From contig CAVYRF010000001.1 of assembly GCA_963770895.1 (NCBI GenBank), positions 352,001 through 416,000 of the forward strand: a DNA stretch of 64,000 nt. Reading direction: 5' to 3'. This document shows positions 28,877 through 42,000 of the stretch, in pieces. Origin of the DNA: an uncultured Acidobacteriota bacterium (lineage in GTDB: Bacteria; Acidobacteriota; Thermoanaerobaculia; Multivoradales; UBA5704). The position numbers and the translations under genes were made by a program. Position 1 is the stretch's first letter. Each line of letters starts with the position of its first letter. The notes beneath the pieces were generated by a model. The model ran no database searches. It worked only from the letters and a program-made list of their open reading frames with translations, and was not told the DNA's origin.

Positions 28877-29974
28877 TCAGACGGCGAAGCCTTCGAAGAC
28901 GCTCATTGGGCCGGGGGTGGGGACGGCGCGCTGGAGGCGGAAGCCGGCGTGCTGGAAGAGGCGGGTGAATTCGGCGTGGCCGCGCTCGCGGCCGCCGCTG
29001 CAGATGACCATCATCTGGAGGTCGGAGAGGGGGCCCATTTCGCGGGTGGTGTCTTCTTCGACCAGGGCTTCGACGACCAGGAGGCGGTTGCCGGGTTGCA
29101 TGGCGCGGCGGCAGTTGCCGAGGATGCGGACGGCGCGGTCGTCGTCCCAGTCGTGGAGGATGTTCTTGAGCAGGTAGGCGTCGCAGCCGGCTGGGACGTC
29201 TTCGAAAAAGCTGCCGGCGACCAGTTGGACGCGTTCGAGGACGCCGCGCGAGGCGAGGAAGGGGCGGGCGGTGGCGAGGACGCCGGGGCTGTCGAAGAGC
29301 ACGGCGTCCAGGTGGGTGTGGCGCAGCAGGACCTCGGCGAGCAGGTCGCCGTGGCCGCCGCCGACGTCGCACAGGCGGCGCACCTGGTCCCAGCCGGAGT
29401 AGGCGTGGGCGACGCCGGGGGCGAAGAGGCGGGTGATGCCGACCATGGTGCCGGCAAAGGCTTCGCACTCTTCGGCGTGGCGGTCGAACCATTCCCAGGT
29501 GGTCATGCCGTGGACGCGCTCGAAGGCGTTGTCGCCGGTGGCCAGGGTCTGCTCGAAGTCGCTCCAGGCGAGCTGCTGCGCCGCCGAGCCGAAGTAGAGG
29601 GCGCAGTCGCGCAGCGAGATGGGCGCGCCGGCGCGCAGGACCTGCGAGGCGCGGTTGTTGCGGAAGCGGCCGTCGGGCTGGCGGACGAAGACGCCGACGG
29701 TGACCAGGCCGCGCAGGGTGCGGCGCAGGCTTTCGGCGCCGACGCCGGCGCGCGCCGCCAGCTCTTCGGCGGTGAGCGGGCCGTCGGCCAGCAGGTCGGC
29801 CAGGCGCAGGCGCGCCGCGGCGCGCAGCAGGTGGGTCTGCATGAAGCTGCCGATCTGCTCGAACAGCGCCAGCGGCGCCGGCACCACGGCGTCGCTCGCG
29901 GCGCGCAACAGCCGGCGCAGCCGCAGGGCGGCGGTGACCTGCCAGCGGCGCGGCGGCGCCGGTGGCTGCTTCAC
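28877..29974 (-). CDS. SAM-dependent O-methyltransferase (dimerisation + Methyltransf_2)
   Basis: LCDVGGGHG, GSFFE, YLLKNILHDW and GGRERG. Confidence 0.9.
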   Translation of the reverse strand: MKQPPAPPRRWQVTAALRLRRLLRAASDAVVPAPLALFEQIGSFMQTHLLRAAARLRLADLLADGPLTAEELAARAGVGAESLRRTLRGLVTVGVFVRQPDGRFRNNRASQVLRAGAPISLRDCALYFGSAAQQLAWSDFEQTLATGDNAFERVHGMTTWEWFDRHAEECEAFAGTMVGITRLFAPGVAHAYSGWDQVRRLCDVGGGHGDLLAEVLLRHTHLDAVLFDSPGVLATARPFLASRGVLERVQLVAGSFFEDVPAGCDAYLLKNILHDWDDDRAVRILGNCRRAMQPGNRLLVVEALVEEDTTREMGPLSDLQMMVICSGGRERGHAEFTRLFQHAGFRLQRAVPTPGPMSVFEGFAV

Positions 29975-29987
29975 GCGGGCACCCGCG

Positions 29988-32630
<2,643 letters not shown>

Positions 32631-32762
32631 GGTGTTGACCAGACCTCCATCCGTCCTGGGAAGCCCGCCGCGCGTCCCCTCGTCGAAAGGGGGGGCGCCG
32701 GGCCGATGATCGAACGTCGCGCTGCCGGCCCGCGGTGTCGCGCGGGGCCGCTACGCGGGCCG

Positions 32763-33770
32763 CTATTCGCCGCGGGCGCGGAAGGGCGACGCTTCGCGCA
32801 GCTGCTCGAACAGCTCGCGCTCGCGCTCGCTCAAGCTGTCGGGGACCATCACCTTGATCTCCGCGTACAGGTCGCCGCGCTCCTTCTGGCCGGCGCCGTG
32901 GTGGGGCAGCCCGCGGCCGCGCAGGCGGATGCGGCGCCCCGACGAGGAGCCGGCCGGCACCTTGACGCGCACCGCGCCCTCCGGCGTTTCGACCTGCGCT
33001 TCGGCCCCCAGCGCCGCCTCCCAGGCGGCGACCGGCAGCGGGGTGTACAGGTCGCTGCCCTCGACGCGGAACCGCGTGTCGGGGGCGACGTCGAGCCGTA
33101 GGTAGAGGTCGCCGGGGGCGCCGCCGTCGCCGCCGCTCATGCCGCGGCCGGCCAGGCGGATGCGCTGCCCCGACCGCACCCCCGGAGGGATCTTGACCGA
33201 CAGGCTGCGGCGCTGACCGGTCGAGGGATCGGCGTAGCTCAGCTCGTGCGAGCCGCCGCGGATCGCCTCTTCGAGCGTCAGCGACAGCGCCGCTTCGGCG
33301 TCGGCGCCGCCGCGCTGGCCGCCAAAGTCGCCGCGTCCGCCGCCGCCCATGCCGCCGACACCGCCGCCGAAAGGTGAGCGCCGGCCGCCGCGCGCGCCGG
33401 CCGCGCCGAAGAGCATCTCGAAGAACGAGCTGAACCCCTCGCCGCCGGCGCCGCCGCCCATGTCCTGGAAATCAAACCCGCCGCCGCCCATGTTGCCGAA
33501 GTCGAAGCCCTGCCAGCCCGGCGGCGGACCGCCACCGGTCTGCTGGGCCTGCTTCCAGGCGGCGCCGTACTGGTCGTACTTCTGCCGCTTGTCGGGGTCC
33601 TTGAGCACCTCGTAGGCCTCGCCGACCTCCTTGAACTTGCGCTCGGCGTCCGGCCCCTTGTTGACGTCCGGGTGGAACTTGCGGGCGAGCTTGCGGTACG
33701 CCTTCTGGATCTCGTCCTGCGAGGCGTCCTTCTTGACCTTGAGGGTCTCGTAGTAATCCTTGTAATCCAA
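32763..33770 (-). CDS. cbpA: DnaJ class B / CbpA-like co-chaperone
   Basis: J-domain with HPD, G/F-rich linker and C-terminal domain. No zinc finger. Confidence 0.85.
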   Translation of the reverse strand: MDYKDYYETLKVKKDASQDEIQKAYRKLARKFHPDVNKGPDAERKFKEVGEAYEVLKDPDKRQKYDQYGAAWKQAQQTGGGPPPGWQGFDFGNMGGGGFDFQDMGGGAGGEGFSSFFEMLFGAAGARGGRRSPFGGGVGGMGGGGRGDFGGQRGGADAEAALSLTLEEAIRGGSHELSYADPSTGQRRSLSVKIPPGVRSGQRIRLAGRGMSGGDGGAPGDLYLRLDVAPDTRFRVEGSDLYTPLPVAAWEAALGAEAQVETPEGAVRVKVPAGSSSGRRIRLRGRGLPHHGAGQKERGDLYAEIKVMVPDSLSERERELFEQLREASPFRARGE

Positions 33771-33814
33771 AGGGTTCTCTCCCTCGCCTCACTCTACGGC
33801 CGAACAAACCGAAG

Positions 33815-33835
33815 TTTGAGTGATCGGCACTCACA
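33815..33835. promoter_or_regulatory. HAIR-like (HspR) operator
   Basis: TTTGAGT-N7-ACTCACA compared with consensus CTTGAGT-N7-ACTCAAG. It lies 45 bp upstream of the cbpA-clpB start. Confidence 0.7.
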
Positions 33836-33863
33836 TTGTAGAACGGCCGCCGGCGCTTTTCCA
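33835..33863 (-). promoter_or_regulatory. Sigma70-like promoter of cbpA-clpB
   Basis: Minus strand reads TGGAAA-N17-TACAAT, directly abutting the HAIR-like site. Confidence 0.6.
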
Positions 33864-34030
33864 TTCCCGTCGCCCGCGACCCGCGCCGGGACCGGCGTCC
33901 GGCCGGCCGCGGGAGGGAGCGCGCGGCGGGTGCGAGCGGCCGCGGAGCGCTGCCCGCGGCGTGTCCGGTCGGCTGTCGGGCGCCGCGGGAGGCGTGAGCG
34001 TGCAGCTGCTGGGTGCCGCGGGGGGCTCGC

Positions 34031-34744
34031 TCACGCGGCGTCGCCCGGCTCGGGGTGGCTGGCCGGCGGCGGTTCAGCCGCCGGAGAGGTGGCCAGGAGG
34101 CCTTGCGGGTGGGCCAGGCGGGCGCCCAGCGGGGCGCCGGCGTCGGGGGTCAGGGTCAGCTCCAGGATGCCGCAGTTGTCCGGCACCGAGGCGCCCTCCC
34201 AGCCGCCGGCGGCTTCGGCCCACAGCGACAGCATGACGGCGCCGTGGGTCACCACCAGCAGCTGGCGGTCGTCGTGGAGCCGCGCCAGGGCAGCCAGCGC
34301 CGCTACGGTCCGCAGGCGCACGTCTTCCAGGCTCTCGCCGCCCGGCGGGCGCCACAGCCAGCGGCGCGCCGGGTCGTAGGCGGGGTCCTGGCGCGTCAGC
34401 AGCGCCAGGGCCTGGTACGGTTCGCCTTTCAGGCAGCCCAGGTCGCGCTCGTGCAGGCCGGCTGCGGTGGCCAGGGGGAGGCCCAGCCGGGCGGCGATGA
34501 TCGCACCGGTTTCACCGGCGCGCCGGAACGTGCTGGTCAGGATCTGCCGCGGCCGGAAGCGCGCCGCGACCTGGTGCGCCAGCTCCTGCGCCTGGCGCCG
34601 CCCGGCCTCGGTCAGCGGCACCTCGTCCGACGCCGAGAAGCGGCGGTCGCGATTGGCTTCGCTTTCGCCGTGCCGGACCAGGACCAGGTGGCGCGGCAGG
34701 GTGGCGGCATCCGCCCGCGGCGAGCCGGAACCGCGCCCCGTCAC
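34031..34744 (-). CDS. Histidine phosphatase (phosphoglycerate mutase-like) family protein
   Basis: LVRHGES, LTEAGRRQA, GGES and VTHG. Start probably GTG 34744 rather than 34939. Confidence 0.88.
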   Translation of the reverse strand: MTGRGSGSPRADAATLPRHLVLVRHGESEANRDRRFSASDEVPLTEAGRRQAQELAHQVAARFRPRQILTSTFRRAGETGAIIAARLGLPLATAAGLHERDLGCLKGEPYQALALLTRQDPAYDPARRWLWRPPGGESLEDVRLRTVAALAALARLHDDRQLLVVTHGAVMLSLWAEAAGGWEGASVPDNCGILELTLTPDAGAPLGARLAHPQGLLATSPAAEPPPASHPEPGDAA

Positions 34745-34835
34745 GGACGCGGCCCGCCGTCTTGTGGCACGCGCGCAATGGAAGCGATGGACGCCACCGG
34801 CTGCAGGGAGCGACGGCGGCGGCCGGCGGCGAAGC

Positions 34836-35090
34836 CTACGGAGGGGTGAAGCCGAAGTGCTCGTAGTTCTTGGCGATGAAGGCCTTCCACTTGTCGGGCA
34901 CCTCTTCGCCGGGATAGATGGCCTGGACCGGGCACGCATCGACGCACAGCCCGCAGTCGATGCACTCTTCGGGGTGGATGTAGAGCATCTCCGTGTCGTC
35001 GCTCTTGCCGTAAATGCAGTCGACCGGACAGACGTCGACGCAGGCCGTATCCTTCACGCCGATGCAAGGTTCGGTGATGATGTGAGTCAT
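34836..35090 (-). CDS. Ferredoxin (7Fe/dicluster type)
   Basis: MTHIITEPCIGVKDTACVDVCPVDCI...ECIDCGLCVDACP, with a GGAGAGG RBS. Confidence 0.93.
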   Translation of the reverse strand: MTHIITEPCIGVKDTACVDVCPVDCIYGKSDDTEMLYIHPEECIDCGLCVDACPVQAIYPGEEVPDKWKAFIAKNYEHFGFTPP

Positions 35091-35144
35091 TTGCCTGAGA
35101 CCTCTCCTTCCGTGTCGCGCATTGCAGCGCAACCATTATAGCCG

Positions 35145-36443
35145 TCAAATCAGTTCGCCGCCGGCAAACCGCGCCGGCGAAAACGCCGCGGCCGGGTCCA
35201 CGGCGTCGGTGGTGCCGGCCGCCGCGGCCGCGCTGGCAGCGGCATCGGCGCCGGCGCCAACGTTCCTACCCACGGAGACCGCAGCAGCCGTTGCTTCACT
35301 GCCGGCCGCGCCAGCACCCGCGCCAACGGTCCTGCCCTCGGCATTCCTGGTCGCCGTTGCCTCCCCGTCGGCCGCGGTGCCGGACTCGCCGATCGCGAGC
35401 CGGGCGACCAGCCGCGCCGTCCAGGGCGCCAGCAGGATACCGCTGCGGAAGTGCCCCGTGGCGGCGATCGCCGGCCATCCCGGCAGCCAGCCGACGATCG
35501 GGAGGTCGTCCGGGGTGCCGGGCCGCAAGCCGGCCCAGACGGCCTCCAGGCGCGCGTCGGCCAGCGCCGGATAGGTTTGGGTGGCGCGCGCCAGGAGACC
35601 GGCGACCCCGGCCACGGTCGGGTGCGGCGTAAAGCCCGCTTCCTCGACCGTCGCGCCGACCAGGACGTCGTGGGCGCCGCGCCGCACGAAGTAGACCCGG
35701 TGCCGCCGCACCGCGCCGCTCCACGGCCAGGCGACGCCGCCCAGCCTCGCCATCTGGCCGCGCACCGGCCGCACCGGCAGCGGCGGCAGGCCCGGCACGC
35801 TGCCGCTCCACGCTCCGGCCGCCACCACCAGCAGGCCCGCCTGCACGCTGCCGGCGGAGGTTTCCAGCCGCACCGCCGGCGCCGCGCCCGCCACGCGCCT
35901 GACATCCAAGGTGCGCACCGCGTGCCGCACCGCGACGCCGCGCCGCGCCAGGGCGGCGGCCAGCGCCTGGCAGACCGCCACGTTGTCCACCCGGTGCTCG
36001 CCCGCCAGGTGCACCGCCCGCCGCACCTGCGGCGCCAGGCCCGGCGTCCGGCGGGGGAGGTCGGCCAGCTCGACCGGGGCCGCCGTTTCACCCAACCGGC
36101 GGGCGGCGTCCAGGGTGGCATCCAGCGCCGCGTCGTCTTCGTCGTCGAGCGCCAGCTGCAGCGAGCCGCTGCGGTCGTAGCCCACGTCCATACCCGTTTC
36201 GGCGGCCAGCGCCGGCGCCCACTCCTGCCAGAGGTCGCGCCCTTCGCGCGAGGCGGCGATGAGCGGCGGCGGCGCACCGGTCTCGAACAGCGGCCCCAGG
36301 ATGCCGCCGGCCGCGAACGACGCGGCGGCGCGTCCGTCCTGGCTGTCCAGAACCTCCACCCGCAGGCCGTCCGCGGCCAGCGCGCGCGCCACCGCCAGGC
36401 CGATGATGCCGGCCCCCAAAACCAGCGCGTCGGGGTGAGTCAT
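35145..36443 (-). CDS. thiO: Glycine oxidase ThiO/DAO family
   Basis: GAGIIG, ASFAAGGIL, PVRGQM, WAGLRP and GHFRSGILLAP. Ala-rich C-terminal insertion. Confidence 0.75.
   Translation of the reverse strand: MTHPDALVLGAGIIGLAVARALAADGLRVEVLDSQDGRAAASFAAGGILGPLFETGAPPPLIAASREGRDLWQEWAPALAAETGMDVGYDRSGSLQLALDDEDDAALDATLDAARRLGETAAPVELADLPRRTPGLAPQVRRAVHLAGEHRVDNVAVCQALAAALARRGVAVRHAVRTLDVRRVAGAAPAVRLETSAGSVQAGLLVVAAGAWSGSVPGLPPLPVRPVRGQMARLGGVAWPWSGAVRRHRVYFVRRGAHDVLVGATVEEAGFTPHPTVAGVAGLLARATQTYPALADARLEAVWAGLRPGTPDDLPIVGWLPGWPAIAATGHFRSGILLAPWTARLVARLAIGESGTAADGEATATRNAEGRTVGAGAGAAGSEATAAAVSVGRNVGAGADAAASAAAAAGTTDAVDPAAAFSPARFAGGELI
35254..35385. repeat. Degenerate 66-bp tandem duplication in the thiO 3' end
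   Basis: GCGCCAACG...GCCGTTGC units start at 35254 and 35320. Protein repeat EATA...GR(T/N)VGAGA. Confidence 0.6.
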
Positions 36444-36456
36444 GAGGCCCACGCTG

Positions 36457-37836
36457 TCAGGCGCGTCCAGCGGCGCCGGCCCTGGCGGCTCCGGCGGCTT
36501 CGGCGGCGAAGGCGTGGTCGAAAGCGGCGACGGTGGCGGTGATCTCGGCATCGCCGTGGGCGGTGGAGACAAAGAGCGTCTCGTAGGCCGAGGGGGGGAG
36601 GTGGACTCCCTGGCGCAGCAGGTGGTGGAAGACGCGCGCGAAACGCTGGCGGTCGCTGCCGTCCACGTCCTCCAGCCGCTGCACCGGTTGGGAGGTGAAG
36701 AAAAGTCCGAGCATCGACCCCTGACGGGTCACCTGGCAGGGGATGCCGTGGCGGCGCGCCGCGTCCGCGATGCCGCCGGCGAGCGCGGCGCCGGTGGCTT
36801 CCAGCTGGCGATACGCCGCGCCGCCGCCGGCCGCCAGCTGGTCGAGCGCGGCGCTCCCCGCCGCCACCGCCAGCGGGTTGCCTGCCAGCGTGCCCGCCTG
36901 GTAGACCGGGCCCGCGGGAGCGATCCGCTGCATCAGGTCGCGGCGGCCGCCGTACGCCGCGAGCGGCAGACCGCCGCCGATCACCTTGCCCAAGGTCGTC
37001 AGGTCGGGCGTGATGCCGGCCAGCGTCTGGGCGCCGCCCCACGCGACGCGGAAGCCGGTCATCACCTCGTCAAAGATGAGCAGCGCTCCGTAGCGGTCGC
37101 AAAGCCGCCGCAGCCCGGCGAGAAACCCCGCGGCCGGCGGCACCAGCCCCATGTTGCCGGCGATCGGCTCGACGATCACCGCCGCGATGCCGTCGCCGGC
37201 TGCGCCCTCACCGCCGATGGCGCGGGCGGCGTGGCCTTCCACGGCGGTACCAGGAACCGCTTCTTTGCCGGCGGCGAACAGCGCTTCGACGGCTGCCAGG
37301 TCGTTGTAGGGGGCGACCAGGGTGTCGGCGGTGACCGCTGCCGGCACGCCGGGAGAGGACGGCACGCCGATCGTCGCCGCGCCCGAGCCGGCGGCGACCA
37401 GAAAGGGGTCGGCATGGCCATGGTAGCAGCCGGCAAACTTGACGACGCGGCGGCGGCCGGTGGCGGCGCGCGCCAGGCGCAGCGCCGACATGGTGGCTTC
37501 GGTGCCGGAGCACACCAGGCGCACCATCGGAACCGCCGGCAGCGCAGCGGCGATGCGCTCGGCCAGCTCCACCTCGGCCATGGTGGGGGCGCCGAAGGCG
37601 GTGCCGCGCCCCAGCGCCTGCTCGATCGCCGCGACCACCGCCGGGTGGCGATGGCCCAGGATCTGCGGCCCGTAGGCGCCGATGTAGTCGATGTAGCGCC
37701 GCCCGTCGGCCCCTTCCAGCCAGGCGCCCTGCGCGGCGCGCACGAACACCGGTTCGCCGCCGACGCCGCGAAACGCCCGCACCGGCGAGCTGACGCCGCC
37801 CGGCAGCACCCGTTCGGCGCGCTCCAGCAGGCTCAC
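36457..37836 (-). CDS. hemL: Glutamate-1-semialdehyde 2,1-aminomutase
   Basis: [30 protein letters not shown] and [11 protein letters not shown] 37836 overlaps the hemB stop. Confidence 0.95.
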   Translation of the reverse strand: MSLLERAERVLPGGVSSPVRAFRGVGGEPVFVRAAQGAWLEGADGRRYIDYIGAYGPQILGHRHPAVVAAIEQALGRGTAFGAPTMAEVELAERIAAALPAVPMVRLVCSGTEATMSALRLARAATGRRRVVKFAGCYHGHADPFLVAAGSGAATIGVPSSPGVPAAVTADTLVAPYNDLAAVEALFAAGKEAVPGTAVEGHAARAIGGEGAAGDGIAAVIVEPIAGNMGLVPPAAGFLAGLRRLCDRYGALLIFDEVMTGFRVAWGGAQTLAGITPDLTTLGKVIGGGLPLAAYGGRRDLMQRIAPAGPVYQAGTLAGNPLAVAAGSAALDQLAAGGGAAYRQLEATGAALAGGIADAARRHGIPCQVTRQGSMLGLFFTSQPVQRLEDVDGSDRQRFARVFHHLLRQGVHLPPSAYETLFVSTAHGDAEITATVAAFDHAFAAEAAGAARAGAAGRA

Positions 37837-38903
37837 TCGCTCCACCCGGCGGCCAGCAGGCGCGCCGCTTCGACGGCGCCGTAGGTGACGATGAGGTCGG
37901 CGCCGGCGCGGCGGATGGCGATCAGCGATTCCATCAGCACGCGGTCGTAGTCCAGCCAGCCGCGCTCCGCCGCCGCCTTGAGCATCGCGTATTCGCCGCT
38001 CACGTGGTACGCGGCCAGCGGCAGGTCGCACCGCTGGCGCAGCGCCGCCAGCACGTCCAGGTAGGGCAGCGCCGGCTTGACCATCAGCATGTCGGCGCCC
38101 TCTTCGACGTCGAGCGCCGCTTCGCGCATCGCCTCCCGCCCGTTGGCCGGGTCCATCTGGTAGGTCCGCCGGTCCCCGAACGACGGCGTCGAATCGGCCG
38201 CCTCGCGGAAGGGGCCGTAAAAGCCGCTGGCGAACTTGACGGCGTAGGAGAGGATCGGCGTCGCCTCGTGCCCGGCCGCGTCCAGCGCCGTGCGCACCGC
38301 CTGCACCCGGCCGTCCATCATGTCCGACGGAGCGATGATGTCGGCCCCGGCCGCCGCCAGCGACACCGCCTGGCGCCCCAGGTTGACCAGCGTCGCGTCG
38401 TTGTCGATCTCGAAATCCATCGCCGCCGCGGCAGCAGCGCTGGCGGCGGCCGGCGCCGCCGCACCCGACGCGCCCCCCGGAAGGTGGTTGGCGCTCCGCG
38501 GCTTGAGCACGCCGCAGTGGCCGTGGTCGGTGTACTCGCAAAAGCACAGGTCGACGATCTTCACCAGGTCGGGCACCTCGTGCCCGAGCGCCGCGAGCGC
38601 CCGCTGCACGATGCCGTCGTCCGCCCACGACGCGCTGCCGTCGGCGTCCTTTCGTTCGGGCAGACCGAACAGCATCACCCCGCGCACCCCTGCCTGCCGC
38701 GCCGCGGCCGCCGCCACCACCACCTGGTCGACCGAATGCCGGAACACCCCCGGCATCGACCCCACCGCGTCCGCCACCCCCTCGCCCGGACAGACGAACA
38801 GCGGCAGCACCATCTGCGCCGCCGCCAATCGCGTCTCCCGCACCATGCCGCGCAGCGCCGCGTTGGCCCGCAGCCGCCGCATCCTGATCGCCGGAAATCC
38901 CAT
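37833..38903 (-). CDS. hemB: Delta-aminolevulinic acid dehydratase (Zn-type)
   Basis: [41 protein letters not shown] and YHVSGEY. Confidence 0.97.
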   Translation of the reverse strand: MGFPAIRMRRLRANAALRGMVRETRLAAAQMVLPLFVCPGEGVADAVGSMPGVFRHSVDQVVVAAAAARQAGVRGVMLFGLPERKDADGSASWADDGIVQRALAALGHEVPDLVKIVDLCFCEYTDHGHCGVLKPRSANHLPGGASGAAAPAAASAAAAAAMDFEIDNDATLVNLGRQAVSLAAAGADIIAPSDMMDGRVQAVRTALDAAGHEATPILSYAVKFASGFYGPFREAADSTPSFGDRRTYQMDPANGREAMREAALDVEEGADMLMVKPALPYLDVLAALRQRCDLPLAAYHVSGEYAMLKAAAERGWLDYDRVLMESLIAIRRAGADLIVTYGAVEAARLLAAGWSE

Positions 38904-39084
38904 CCCGCGGTTCTATCGCGCCGGCCGCCAAAAGGCAAACGCGCGAGCGCAGGCGCCGGGCTGCCGACCTCAAGCTGGGTGAGCGGCCACACCCGGCGTC
39001 GCCGGCGACGGTGCGCCGCCGCCGCCGCCCTCGGTCACCATGGGAAGGCAGCTCGTCCTTGACGTCGGTTGCCACGAAAGTGCT

Positions 39085-42000
39085 TCATTCGAAGTAACCG
39101 CTGGCGTCGAGAAGCAGATGCACACTGGCAACGGAAGTCTGCCCGAAGAGCACCGTCACCGCCCCCGCGGGTCCCAGGGCGCAGATCGCATTGTTGGCGC
39201 GGATCTGGCCGGGCGCGAAGTTCATGGTTGAAGTACTGACGACGTCGCCAGCGGGGTAGACGCTCAGGTAGCCGGGCGCGGTGGCGCCGACAATCGTGAT
39301 GTTAAGGGCTACTGCCTTGGCGCTTGCCGGGATGCCGCACTGGCCGGCGAGCGTGAACGAACGCGCTTCGCCTCCCTGAAGGGCCGGCCCGCCGTAGGCG
39401 CCCGCGGTGCCGCGCGTGTCCACGATTCGGCACGGTTCGAGCGTGTGGAACGACGTATTGCAGCGGCCGCCCACGGTGATGACCGCGCTGCCGGACGCCG
39501 TGCCCTGGCAGAAGGCATCTGACACGGTGGCGATCGAGTATGACGTTGCCGTGCCAGGCATCACCGCCCGATCGTCCGGACTGGCGCCGATTCCAGTCTG
39601 CACGTTGCCATCGGACCAGGTGACTCGCCACGGTGCCTCACCGGTGAGAGCGGCCTGGATGCTCGCCTGCCCGCTCGGGCAGATCTGCTGCGAGCCGCTG
39701 ACGAGCGCGGTGGGCAAGCTTCTGACCAGCACCTTGGTGGTGGCCGGCTGCGAGCTGCAACCGCCCACCGTGGTCGTGACCCTGTAGGTCCCTGACGCGC
39801 CTGGCTGTGCCCCGGTCAGCAGCGGATTCTGACTGCTCGACGAGAAGCCGCCGGGCCCCTGCCACGAGTAGGAGGTGGCGCCCGCCACCGCACCGGCCGT
39901 CAGCTGAACGTCCTGGCCGGCACATGCCGGCCCGTTGTTGCCGGCCGTGGGCGGCGCCGTTGTGTTGACCGTGATGACTGCGGCGCCTGATGCGGTGCCC
40001 GTGCAGTAGCTGTCGGAAACGCTGGTAACGGTGTAGGTCGTGGTCGACGCGGGCTGCACGACCCGGCTTGCCGGGCTGGCGGCGGTCGCCGGCTCGCTGA
40101 CACCATCAGACCAGTTGACAGCCCAGGGTGCGGCACCCGTCAAGGCCGCCTGGACGGTACTCGACGCCCCGGCGCAGATTTGGGCGCTACCGCTCACCGC
40201 GGCTGTCGGCAGCGATCGGACGACAACATTGGTTGTCGTCGCCTGGGAGACGCAGCCGTTGACGGTGGCGGTGACGCTGTAAGCGCCTGATGCCGTGGCC
40301 GGCGCGGCGGCCAGCAAGGGATTTTGCGCCGAGGATGTATAGCCCCCTGGACCGGTCCACTGATAGGTCGCGTTGGCGATGTCTGCCGCGCTGAGCTGCA
40401 CATTCTGGCCGGCGCATGCCGGGCCGCTGTTCGCAGGCGCCGGCCCGGCGGGGGCGCTGACCACCACGGTCGCAGTGGCCGCGAGGCTGCAACTCCCTGC
40501 CTGCAGCGTCACTGTATAGACGCCCGAGGCGGCGGTCGTGGCCTGCGGCAGCGTCGGGTTTTGCAGGTTCGAACTGAAGCCGTTGGGGCCGCTCCATGAG
40601 TAGGTTGCTCCCGCGAGCCCCGTGGCGCTGAGTTGCAGGCTCTGCCCGGGGCAAAGCGGCGCATTGCTGGACACCGTGGGGGGCTCGACGAACTCGCACA
40701 GGAAGCCGAAGGCCCCGCTCAGCGTGGCGGCGCCGGCGCCGCCCGGATTGTTCACCGTCACATCCACCTGACCGGTGCCGTTCGGCGGCGTGATCGCGAA
40801 CAGACGACTGCTGCTCACAAAGATCACGCGCGCCGCCGGTGCGCCGCCAAAGGTGACCGTCGCACCCGCCTTGAATCCGCTGCCCAGGAGCATCACCTGG
40901 TCGCCGCCGCGGCTATCGCCGATGCCTGGAGCCACCGCCGTGATGCTCACGCCGCGCACGTCGTCGCTCGCGTTGGTGGGGTCCCGTCCGTTGTCAACCT
41001 CCGAACCGTCGCTCTCGCCGCCACCGTCCGAGTCGGCGACATGGGGGTCCGTGCCGTGGCGATATTCCTCGACATTGCTCAACCCGTCACCGTCAGGGTC
41101 CATATAGGCATCGCCGGCGTCATTGGGATTCAAGCCGTGCGCCGTCTCCCAGGCGTCCGGCATGCCGTCGCCATCGCTGTCCGTGACCTTCTGCACGCTG
41201 CCGCCATAGACCGCTTGGGACGCTGCGCCGTTGCTCACCAGGGCATAGACGTGATAGGTGCCGTCCGCCAGCGCGCTCATGTCCCAGGTATAGCTGGTCG
41301 GTCCGTTCACTCCGCCAAGTCCGGCGACGATCGGCACCCCATTGAAACCATTTCCCAGCTGGTCGTAGAAGAGATCGATCGTCGTGGCGCCATTGCCGTC
41401 GGCCAGGCTCCAGGCGAGGATGAAGCTGCTCGCCGAAGTGGCCGTGATGGTGACCGGACTGATCCAGGTGAAGCCCGGGCTGGCATCGCTCTCGAAAACC
41501 AGCCAGCTCCAGTAAGGGCCGGTCGTCACCACCGTCGGTGAAAACCTGCCGGCAAGCTGCGGGCCGGCGGCAGTCTCCATCGTGACCCGCAGGTTCTGGA
41601 GCGAATAGGGCCCTGGTCTCCCGCCGTGATAGAGCTGCTGGCCGCTGAACACCAGGGTCAGCGGCTGCGGGCCGCTCCCGGTTGGATCGATCGCCGTTTC
41701 CGCCGAAGCGACGACGGTGCCATCCGGCGCGGCGAGATCGCCGAAGGCGACATAGTGGCCGGCCCCCGGCACGTCGACGGTGAAAGACCAGTTCACGGAG
41801 TCGAAAAGCCCGTTGCCGTTGACGTCGGGAGCGCTTTCCGTGAAGCCGCCGTCGAGGACGACCTGCGGCGTGCCGACCGCGATGGTGCCGCTCTGGTAGC
41901 GCTGATACTGCCCCAGGTCCGACGATCCCGCCGCCGTGACGGCCAGGACGAATGCGCCGGGGGCGCCCAACGTCGTACTGCCGCCATACACGCCGTCGCC

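Noticed and set aside
28877-29974. Methyltransferase as a graspetide tailoring (aspartimide) enzyme
   Set aside because: It is Methyltransf_2 type rather than PIMT-like, convergent to the RiPP genes, and sits 13 bp behind clpB.
37837-39075. Apparent N-terminal extension making HemL 872 aa
   Set aside because: It is an alternative frame over hemB. HemL homology starts at GTG 37836.
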